Made by a program: the position numbers and the translations under genes. A stretch of 48,029 nt of DNA, taken from NCBI GenBank assembly GCA_046483305.1, contig JAWODM010000070.1, positions 1-48,029 of the forward strand. The letters are read 5' to 3'. Positions 40,745 to 48,029 of the stretch are shown here, piece after piece (the stretch's first letter is position 1; each line of letters starts with the position of its first letter). Under the pieces are notes generated by a model, which was not told the DNA's origin, did not search any database, and saw only the letters and a list, made by a program, of their open reading frames with translations. The DNA is from Candidatus Krumholzibacteriales bacterium (lineage in GTDB: Bacteria > Krumholzibacteriota > Krumholzibacteriia > Krumholzibacteriales > WJIX01).

Positions 40745-40858
40745 AAGTGTCCCAACTGTCCCATTGGATGGGACACTCTCACAAGCTATTATTAAACAAA
40801 GAATTATAGAGAATATTCGATAAAAGTGTCCCATCGGAAGTGTCCCATGGGACACTTC
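40745..40858. promoter_or_regulatory. Enhancer-like array of six TGTCCCA half-sites including a 22-bp perfect palindrome
   Basis: AAGTGTCCCA 40745, TGTCCCA 40757, TGGGACAC 40769, AAGTGTCCCA 40824, GAAGTGTCCCATGGGACACTTC 40837-40858; IHF-like AAACAAAGAATTA at 40794. Confidence 0.7.
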
Positions 40859-41021
40859 TGCGGGTAACCGGGAAACACCCCTAATAGAGGTATAATAATA
40901 AAAATATAAATTTTACTGAAATTTGTTCTGTTTTGTAATTTCCCGATAATAAATAAGATAAAGAACTAACGGACTTGCCGCTTATAGATATTTCAAGTGG
41001 ATATTTATCTTTCCCGCCTTT

Positions 41022-41037
41022 AGGAACACCGCATGCA
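41022..41037 (+). promoter_or_regulatory. Putative sigma54 (-24/-12) promoter
   Basis: AGGAACACCGCATGCA: GG-N10-GC, about 165 bp downstream of the palindrome array; weaker consensus match. Confidence 0.45.
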
Positions 41038-41408
41038 ATTATAATATAGTGATTGAGACGGCAATGTATGTAAGAGATCAGACGGTGTTTAAGGCATTAA
41101 AGACTGGAAACTGCTGACGTCCCCTGCGTATCCAGCAGGAGGTGGCATTATATGGTATATTTACCCCCCAAGTGTGTAGAGAGTAGAGCCATTGAATGCC
41201 TCCTAAAGCTTTTCCCGCCGGTGGAGGGGCGGTCCCGCTCGCCAATTAGGGGCCGCGTCCCCGGTGGGGGAGGGCAAAGCAGTGAATTTCCGAATCATTT
41301 ATTTAAAACAGTCATCACAGGAGGTGGTAAAGGCACTAAAAAAACTGGCGGTGAAGGATATTGAGGAGTCGAATTTATTCCTGTAAGAATGATAAGGAGG
41401 GGATTACT

Positions 41409-41918
41409 ATGAAAAAGGGATTAATACTTACTGGGTTATTAATAGTGGCAGCTGTTTTCTATATTTCATGCGATAATGAACGGGGTGCTGTTGCACCTTC
41501 TGTAAATGAAGGAAATGCAGGGAACATGGAAACGATGAAAACCCCAGGGGAAACTGAAGAGGAGGCCATATACATCTTTGCTCTGGATGGGAATGAAGAT
41601 CAGCTTTCTTACAGAGTGTTTCTGGATATTGCTGAGCTTGAGCTCATTCTAAGTGAAGAAATCGTGGAAGAGATGAAGACGGAGAGTGTCTCAATAATAG
41701 AAAACGCCGCTGACGTAGATGAAATCAGAGAAACAATATTCGCTGAACTTCCTGTTTCTGAATATATGAATATTCAGAATATAGGGAGTTTGTATCTGCA
41801 AGATGTCATTGAAAGCAACCCGTGTAGCTGGAGTTGTGCGAAAATATGCCTTTGCTGTGAAAAGTGTAGCGGCGGAAAAGATACGGGCTTGGTGCCTTAT
41901 CAAGACTGGCGAAAATAA
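41409..41918 (+). CDS. Lipoprotein with acidic body and Cys-rich C-terminal peptide
   Basis: AAGGAGGGG RBS before ATG 41409; lipobox YISC; ends NPCSWSCAKICLCCEKCSGGKDTGLVPYQDWRK. Confidence 0.75.
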   Translation: MKKGLILTGLLIVAAVFYISCDNERGAVAPSVNEGNAGNMETMKTPGETEEEAIYIFALDGNEDQLSYRVFLDIAELELILSEEIVEEMKTESVSIIENAADVDEIRETIFAELPVSEYMNIQNIGSLYLQDVIESNPCSWSCAKICLCCEKCSGGKDTGLVPYQDWRK

Positions 41919-42032
41919 ATACAGAGTTTTAAGAGGTCAGCTATTAAAATTGAAATGATGCGATGTTGATATTCTTTACTCACTTTGAATTGGCTTACCG
42001 CTGTTGAAAGCGGAGCCAATAAGGGGGTTAGC

Positions 42033-42890
42033 ATGAGAAATAGATTATTAATCAGTTTGTTCATTTTGAGTCTTTCGTTTTTATCTCTGGTTGATCGACC
42101 AATAGCCCAGGATTCATCAACAAAGAGATCGGAAGGTCTGGTTATTTACAGAGACAGAATACTGGAGCCTCCTTTTAAATTTACCGGGATTGAGGAAGAC
42201 ACCTTAAGGTTAAACGGAATTCCATATTCTCCGGTCAGAAGATATACGGAGGAATACAGAAAGTGGAAAGAAAAGAGGATGAAGGAAGAGATAGAGTTGA
42301 TGAAGAAGATTTATTCTGATTCTGTGATTGAGAAAAGGCTTGAAGAGGGACGAAAGATAACACAAATGTGGAAGAAAAAGCCAGAAGGTACGCATGAATT
42401 GCGCGTATTGGCTTATGGGGAAGCGAGGAAGGCTGAATCTTATGATGATAAGTTACAGATTTACGCAAAAATTATTGAGGAATCTCCGATTGTTGATAGC
42501 ACCATTATTTTAAATGATAAAAGAGTAGCCATATACTGGAAGGGTATAACGGAACCAGAATACAGTTCTTTACCTTGTGAAGATAAACAACCTTTAACGG
42601 AGCAGGAGCGCCTGGAGAGAAGAATCAGATATCACACAAACCACGTAAATGATTTCTGGAAGACCTACAACAGAGGTGGCACCGTTGTCTTTGGCGATAT
42701 AGGAGGGTACTTATACTCTAAACGAACAGAAGAGACTCTGGAAGCGATTGATAAGCTCAGCCGCGGGGATACACTTACCGCTCAGGAAAAACAGAATTCC
42801 ATATTTAGTGGAGGCGCGGGAAAAAGAATATTGTATTTATTTAATGCGCGTTTCAATAGAGAGAGGAAGGGAAGTGGTGAAAATGAATAA
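42033..42890 (+). CDS. Hypothetical secreted protein
   Basis: AAGGGGG RBS before ATG 42033; signal peptide; stop overlaps the next start. Confidence 0.7.
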   Translation: MRNRLLISLFILSLSFLSLVDRPIAQDSSTKRSEGLVIYRDRILEPPFKFTGIEEDTLRLNGIPYSPVRRYTEEYRKWKEKRMKEEIELMKKIYSDSVIEKRLEEGRKITQMWKKKPEGTHELRVLAYGEARKAESYDDKLQIYAKIIEESPIVDSTIILNDKRVAIYWKGITEPEYSSLPCEDKQPLTEQERLERRIRYHTNHVNDFWKTYNRGGTVVFGDIGGYLYSKRTEETLEAIDKLSRGDTLTAQEKQNSIFSGGAGKRILYLFNARFNRERKGSGENE

Positions 42891-45837
42891 AAGTATATTA
42901 ATCCTTATTCTTTTATTATTTATATTTTCTTCTGTAATATCTGATATTCACGCTGCTGATTGCATCACCCCAGGATCAAGTATAGGAGTTGTAATCAGGC
43001 CCTGGCCTGATAAGGAATGCGATGCATCAAAGCAGGCGCTGGACAGGTGGAATTGGAATAATGAAAGTACATTGTTATTGAGCAATGCAGAAGGCCTTAC
43101 TCTTGATCCCTATGTAACTATCCCTGGTGTTCTTGATAATGCGTATAGATGCGCCGGAGCGGTGGAAATATATACTCATGGGTGTACATCAGGCCATTCA
43201 ATTGAGATATACCCATATACTCAGGAAGGAGAGGTTGCAAGAGATGATGCTTATGATGAATACTATAATAATTATGCGTATGGAAATCTGATCTGGAAAG
43301 ATGATCTACCATATGAAGGCTACTTCATTGCCATCAGATATTCACAGTTACCTTCCTGGGTGAATTCTGAAACAGGCACAATGGTTAATGCTATTTTTCA
43401 TAACCAGTGCTGTGATGGGCAGGATGGACAGAGTTATTTCCAGATCTGCGGGGTGGGCGCATTTTACGGGCCAGCGGGCGAGGTAACGGGAACCGATGCA
43501 AAGAATAATATAGAAACTCTATGGGGCAACCTGGGAATGAACTGGGATGATCGTCAATGGGACGATCAATATAAAACCGGAACGGCATATCAGAATTGCC
43601 CAAACCTTTCCTTTTATGGCGCAGATAACATGGTGCTTGGGCCGGGGATATCCGAATGCTCTCAGGATGCATATACGGAGGTTCCACCGGAAGGCCTGGA
43701 TGTTCAAATCACATTGAATACGGATATATATAAAGATCTCTGTAATGCCAATGATGCCGTAGATGTGTCCGGTAATCTTGTTCTGGAAAGCGCTGCGTGG
43801 GTTGGAACAGATGGGATTAAAGCTACGATTAAACCTGGGAGTGGGAATGAAGATGGTGGAGGGGCATTAACTTTTCTGTCTGAGTATATTGTAAGTAACA
43901 ATTGCCCATCATTATATATGAATGGAGGCGAGAATTTTATTTTAGAACTGAGTACTGATGGTGATTATGCTGCGACAGCTCACGGATTTTATGTTAAGGA
44001 TGGACTGGCGCACTGGAGGGTGACATCTGAGTATAAGACGGCCGGATACAGAATAGATGGGGCTGAGTCTGGAGAGGGCCCATGGTCTGAGATTACTACA
44101 GTATCTGCGGGAGTGGGTAATCGTGTAGCGGATGTGTCGTTTTCAGGTTTCAGGGCATATCGTCTCGTAGAGATAGAGCAGAGCGGCGACGAGATAATTT
44201 GTGAAATAGTCAAGGCGGGAAGAAGTGAAGTAACATCGCGAGATGGCCTTCTTTCCAGTTCCGATCTGAAACAAAGATTATCGAAGCTGGCGGCTGAACG
44301 CGAAATACAGAAAGAGACTGTAACAGGTATGGGAGACGGGCAGAAATACGTTATTTTCACAGTTGATTCACTTGCAGACGAGGTCGAAGATTATGTGGCG
44401 GGTTACTGGGAAATATTCGGGTATACGGTATATCTGAGAACGGTTGACAGCTATCCGTCAGATCCGGATAGTTTCCGGACTGCCCTTAAAGACAGCATAG
44501 CGGATTATGCTGCCGATGGAGCGATGTATTTCCATTTTGTGGGAGATGCCAACGACTGGCAGCAGTTCAGCGCGCCCTGGCCGGGGGAATGGGAGCAGAT
44601 AAGACAGAACTATCTTTCGGTGGGTTATCCTTCAGGAGGCCAGCCGGAGAAAGATCTTATTCCAACATGGTCATTTCCTGATACCCTGCCGCGGCTTCAG
44701 AATACATCTTATTTTACGCCTTATATTCTTACCGATACCCCATATTCTGATACCAACGATGATGGAATCCCCGATATTGTTCTGACCCGCTGGCCTGTAA
44801 CCACAGAAGAAGAGGTTCTCTCGATGGCTTATAAAATGCAGTTGTATATGGATACTGGCTGGCAGGCTGCGAGCAGTTATTCAATTCTTACCTGTGTGGG
44901 GGATCTCGATCATATGGATGAAGGAGACGGTGAGTATGTGAGCAGAGTTACTGATACTGTGATGTCGGTTATTCCAGCCGGTCAGGATACTGCATATATA
45001 TACGAGTCGGGATATATTTACGGCGGTGACCGGAATGATGCAACCGCAGCTCTATGGAACAGTGTTGACCCGGAGCTGGTTCTTATTTCATCGAGTTATT
45101 CGAACCGTTCGAGGCCGGGGAATTTCTTCACCCGCGTGGGCACTGGCCATCCTTTCCACATGGATATGCTGGAAGAGGGATTCCCGGCGGTTGTATTTGG
45201 TATTACATGTGACACAGGGGATTTTGCGAGAACAGAAGATCCTTATTACGGGAAGCCCGTTTTCCACCGCTTTCTGGTTGAAGATAATAAAGGGGCCATA
45301 GCCTGGATAGGGCCCTCGCTGGGAAGCTGGGAGAGAGGTAATAAAGTAATAGGCAAGTATTTCATGCAGGAGTTATTCAATGATCTGAACAGGCCGGTGG
45401 CGGAGTCTTTCCTGATTGCTCAGCAGCGGGCGCGCCAGGATATTCCTGATGATAAAGGTATGTTGAATACAATAGATATGTATACTTTCCTGGGACATCC
45501 CCTTCTGAGATTATACGCCAAACCTGTCATTACTGATGTTGAGAATAATAAGGTTTCCGATAGGGTTCTTCTGTCACAGAACTATCCGAATCCCTTTAAT
45601 CCTGTCACAACCATCCGGTTCAGTCTGGCCCGGAAGGGGGATGTGGAACTGGTTATTTATGACGTGAAGGGAAGGAAAATAAAGACTCTATTAAACAGAA
45701 GGCTTAAGGCCGGGCGGCATACCATAAGCTGGGATGGCAGGAACGAGGGAGGGAAACCGGTTGCCTCCGGCGTTTATTTTTACAGGCTTGATACTAATGA
45801 TAAGGCCATCAGCAGAAAAATGGTATTGCTCAAATAG
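42883..45837 (+). CDS. Secreted multidomain protein with C25 (gingipain-like) domain and FlgD-Ig/T9SS-like tail
   Basis: Signal peptide from ATG 42883; FVGDA, TD.PY.D..DDGIPDI..RWP, GITCDTGDF, GAIAWIG, YTFLGHP; QNYPNPFNP...SGVYFYRL. Confidence 0.8.
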   Translation: MNKSILILILLLFIFSSVISDIHAADCITPGSSIGVVIRPWPDKECDASKQALDRWNWNNESTLLLSNAEGLTLDPYVTIPGVLDNAYRCAGAVEIYTHGCTSGHSIEIYPYTQEGEVARDDAYDEYYNNYAYGNLIWKDDLPYEGYFIAIRYSQLPSWVNSETGTMVNAIFHNQCCDGQDGQSYFQICGVGAFYGPAGEVTGTDAKNNIETLWGNLGMNWDDRQWDDQYKTGTAYQNCPNLSFYGADNMVLGPGISECSQDAYTEVPPEGLDVQITLNTDIYKDLCNANDAVDVSGNLVLESAAWVGTDGIKATIKPGSGNEDGGGALTFLSEYIVSNNCPSLYMNGGENFILELSTDGDYAATAHGFYVKDGLAHWRVTSEYKTAGYRIDGAESGEGPWSEITTVSAGVGNRVADVSFSGFRAYRLVEIEQSGDEIICEIVKAGRSEVTSRDGLLSSSDLKQRLSKLAAEREIQKETVTGMGDGQKYVIFTVDSLADEVEDYVAGYWEIFGYTVYLRTVDSYPSDPDSFRTALKDSIADYAADGAMYFHFVGDANDWQQFSAPWPGEWEQIRQNYLSVGYPSGGQPEKDLIPTWSFPDTLPRLQNTSYFTPYILTDTPYSDTNDDGIPDIVLTRWPVTTEEEVLSMAYKMQLYMDTGWQAASSYSILTCVGDLDHMDEGDGEYVSRVTDTVMSVIPAGQDTAYIYESGYIYGGDRNDATAALWNSVDPELVLISSSYSNRSRPGNFFTRVGTGHPFHMDMLEEGFPAVVFGITCDTGDFARTEDPYYGKPVFHRFLVEDNKGAIAWIGPSLGSWERGNKVIGKYFMQELFNDLNRPVAESFLIAQQRARQDIPDDKGMLNTIDMYTFLGHPLLRLYAKPVITDVENNKVSDRVLLSQNYPNPFNPVTTIRFSLARKGDVELVIYDVKGRKIKTLLNRRLKAGRHTISWDGRNEGGKPVASGVYFYRLDTNDKAISRKMVLLK

Positions 45838-45952
45838 AGCAGAAATAGTAATATTCTGTTGAATGCGGCTTGTTGTTAACACTTATGATAATTTGATATT
45901 CTTTAGGCTTTTATTCCGGCAGGACTGTTAATATCCTGAGAAGGGAGAGATT

Positions 45953-47260
45953 ATGAAGGTTTTCTCGATCAGATTTCTGGTTGTTTATTTTATGGCTATT
46001 CTTGTTTTTTTTCAGGCATGTGAGAACGATGGAAATAAAGAAGGCAAGAAACTTCCGTCGGAAATTCAATCAACTATAGATGACAGTGTCATGACGCTGT
46101 TCGCAGAGGGTAAGATAGAAAACCGGGAACAGATAAATTCTATCCGCGATAAGATTTCGGCCGGGTTAATAGATCTGGCAATTAACGATCCTGACAGTCT
46201 TACTGATGAAGAGTATCTGAATTATGCGAAGCTTCTTGACTGGGCTGGAAGAGATCAAGAAGCCAGCAAAATATTCAACGAATATAGAAAAAGAGAGGGA
46301 AAAGAGGCCCGGAAGGCACTGTCCTCTCTTATCACCATGGAAACAGAAAATGGGAATTTAAGCAGAGCGGAAAACCTGATATCTGAATTCAGAGAATGTT
46401 TCTGCAAAGATCAGAAGAATAGGCCCGGTATTTATCAGAAGCTGGAGGAACTCTCCGGAAGATACAATGATGACGGGCGCCCCGAAGACGCCGCTCGGGT
46501 AATAATGGAGGAGCTTAATTCTCTTGAATGTGTATATCCCCATTTTTCTTATTATTTGATAGGCGAGTTGATGCCTCTGATGGTGGAAACGGACCGTATA
46601 CAAGAATATCTTGATATCGCGTCTGCTATAAGAAAAGATCTCGAGGGAGCGTTCAAGGCCCATGTGGATACCATGGTATACGGCGATACGCTGTCTTTAG
46701 CGGATGACGATGTCAGGCAGGATTATGAAATGCTGATAAACAATTATGATAATGCAATAAATCAGATTAACTATATTGGGAATAGGGCTCCGGCTATCAA
46801 TCAACTGCATGTATATAACGCTGACTCCACATTCTCGTTAGACAGTCTTAAAGGAAAGGTAGTTATACTGGATTTCTGGTCTGCCTGTTGTATTCCCTGC
46901 AGGGTAGGATATAAGGAAATGCGCAGGTTGCTTGAGGAATACCAGGACCGGGGCCTTGAAGTCGTCGGTGTTACCTGTCTTCTGGGTATGTTTCCCGGCG
47001 TGGAGACAGAGAAAACTCCGGGAGGCAGGAGGAAGAAGCTGGACAGAAGAAGAGAGATCGAACTGAATGCTTCTTATATTGAAGAATACAATATTACCTG
47101 GCCCTGTATTATGTCCAGCCAGAATATTTTCGACAAGGAATATTCAATCTCAGCAATTCCTACTATGTTTATCCTGGACCGTGACCTGAAAGTTCGGTTT
47201 ATATCATCGGGGATAGGAGGTTACCCTCAATTAAAGAGAATAGTTGAGGATGTTTTGTAA
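45953..47260 (+). CDS. TlpA/ResA-like thiol-disulfide oxidoreductase lipoprotein with helical (TPR-like) N-terminal domain
   Basis: Lipobox FQAC; SLKGKVVILDFWSACCIPC; YSISAIPTMFILDR with cis-Pro motif. Confidence 0.85.
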   Translation: MKVFSIRFLVVYFMAILVFFQACENDGNKEGKKLPSEIQSTIDDSVMTLFAEGKIENREQINSIRDKISAGLIDLAINDPDSLTDEEYLNYAKLLDWAGRDQEASKIFNEYRKREGKEARKALSSLITMETENGNLSRAENLISEFRECFCKDQKNRPGIYQKLEELSGRYNDDGRPEDAARVIMEELNSLECVYPHFSYYLIGELMPLMVETDRIQEYLDIASAIRKDLEGAFKAHVDTMVYGDTLSLADDDVRQDYEMLINNYDNAINQINYIGNRAPAINQLHVYNADSTFSLDSLKGKVVILDFWSACCIPCRVGYKEMRRLLEEYQDRGLEVVGVTCLLGMFPGVETEKTPGGRRKKLDRRREIELNASYIEEYNITWPCIMSSQNIFDKEYSISAIPTMFILDRDLKVRFISSGIGGYPQLKRIVEDVL

Positions 47261-47428
47261 ACAGTAATTACTCTGAAGTTAAATTCTTATTAAGAAGAAT
47301 TGAATCGAAACCTGTTCCTGGGTCTTATTGCTGGTAGTGAAGAAACAGACAGATTCTCATGGCTGCAATAGATTTATTGGACTTTTACCCCGGATTTTAG
47401 ATTTATCCTTCGACAAAAAACCGCTCAA

Positions 47429-47450
47429 TCACTCCCACCGGTGGGAGTGA
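47429..47450. promoter_or_regulatory. 22-bp perfect palindrome just upstream of the paralog 3 promoter
   Basis: TCACTCCCACCGGTGGGAGTGA; operator or terminator hairpin. Confidence 0.5.
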
Positions 47451-47476
47451 ATCTGAGGAAATTCTCATATAAAAAC

Positions 47477-47506
47477 TTGACATTGATAATACTGATAGAG
47501 TAAAAT
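47477..47506 (+). promoter_or_regulatory. sigma70-type promoter of paralog 3 and the TPR gene
   Basis: TTGACA (47477), 18 nt, TAAAAT (47501). Confidence 0.7.
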
Positions 47507-47550
47507 TCTATATATATAGGGGAATCAGGGACAATCAACTGGGGGGTATT

Positions 47551-47838
47551 GTGAAAAGAATAATCAAAAACATATTACCTTTATTCATAATACTGTTTTT
47601 ATTTACTGCTGGTTTAATAATACCCCATCATAGCTATGGTAGAGTAGAGATTTGTAAGCAGGAGACGTTTGGTGGACCTGGAGATGATCCAAATATCTCA
47701 ACTGAACCTCTGAAAACTGATAGCAGTTATGAGACAACAACAGCAAACAAAGACAATTATAAAGAAATAGAAGAGATATCAATTTTAAAGTTACACATTA
47801 AGGTTTTATTTAACCAGCTGACCGGTTTGATCTTTTAG
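47551..47838 (+). CDS. Small secreted protein, P[GS]xDP family paralog 3
   Basis: GGGGGG RBS, GTG start; signal peptide; GGPGDDPN; C-terminal ILKLHIKVLFNQLTGLIF. Confidence 0.75.
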   Translation: MKRIIKNILPLFIILFLFTAGLIIPHHSYGRVEICKQETFGGPGDDPNISTEPLKTDSSYETTTANKDNYKEIEEISILKLHIKVLFNQLTGLIF

Positions 47839-47861
47839 AAAATAGGGGAAACAGGGGACTT

Positions 47862-48029
47862 ATGGCAGAGACTGATAAGTTGAATGACAACCTTGAGATT
47901 CTGCTGAATAAGAAGAAGTATCTTGACGCTCTGGATCTCGCGAGGAGCTGGGAGAAGAGCCGAAAGGAATCTTCCAGGAAGATCAGCGGCAAGCTTCTGC
48001 TTTCATTATCACAGACTTACTACTTCAAT
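47862..48029 (+). CDS. N-terminal fragment of a probable second TPR(-sigma54) regulator, cut by the window end
   Basis: Not in the ORF track. Open from ATG 47862 (AGGGGA RBS): MAETDKLNDNLEILLNKKKYLDALDLARSWEKSRKESSRKISGKLLLSLSQTYYFN, resembling LLNREEYKKAL...LLLARAYYHN of the 32649-35075 protein. Confidence 0.6.
   Translation, partial: MAETDKLNDNLEILLNKKKYLDALDLARSWEKSRKESSRKISGKLLLSLSQTYYFN

Noticed and set aside
40745..40858. TGTCCCA repeats as a CRISPR array
   Set aside because: Units are 7-10 bp, in both orientations, irregularly spaced; no cas genes in the window.
41152..41364. 70 aa ORF as a confident protein-coding gene
   Set aside because: It has a strong RBS, but the sequence is dominated by hairpins and looks non-protein-like; kept only as a possible uORF.
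47810..47992. 60 aa minus-strand ORF
   Set aside because: Antisense to the better-supported plus-strand TPR-like ORF starting at 47862.

Overview
The window looks like two unrelated pieces joined at about 4860. Piece 1 (1-4858) is all minus-strand: a DUF2760 protein, an Hsp70-like protein and a glycerophosphodiester phosphodiesterase, with degenerate intergenic repeats; a Desulfobacterota-like source is my inference. Piece 2 (4861-48029) opens mid-gene in an S46 peptidase and looks like an FCB-group anaerobe (Krumholzibacteriota/Latescibacterota-like, inferred from YPNPFN-tailed secreted proteins). It carries an EamA transporter, an SF1 helicase, a nine-gene A/V-type ATP synthase operon with USP and PTS-EIIA genes attached, a compact dehydratase-like/activator ATPase pair, BioY, a Na+/proline symporter, an APC-EIIA fusion, and a pentaheme cytochrome beside a Cyc2-like cytochrome-porin. 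The best candidate for an undescribed system lies in 29-48 kb. Three paralogous small secreted proteins share a P[GS]xDP motif, a C-terminal amphipathic helix and a TTGACA-N18-TAwwwT promoter. One sits directly upstream of a TPR-sigma54 activator, one upstream of a truncated probable homolog, and one is an orphan. They are interleaved with three sigma54 promoters, each with its own enhancer-like repeat, that drive secreted lipoproteins and peptidases. This resembles RRNPP-style peptide signalling wired to sigma54 in a diderm. That reading is inference from sequence only.
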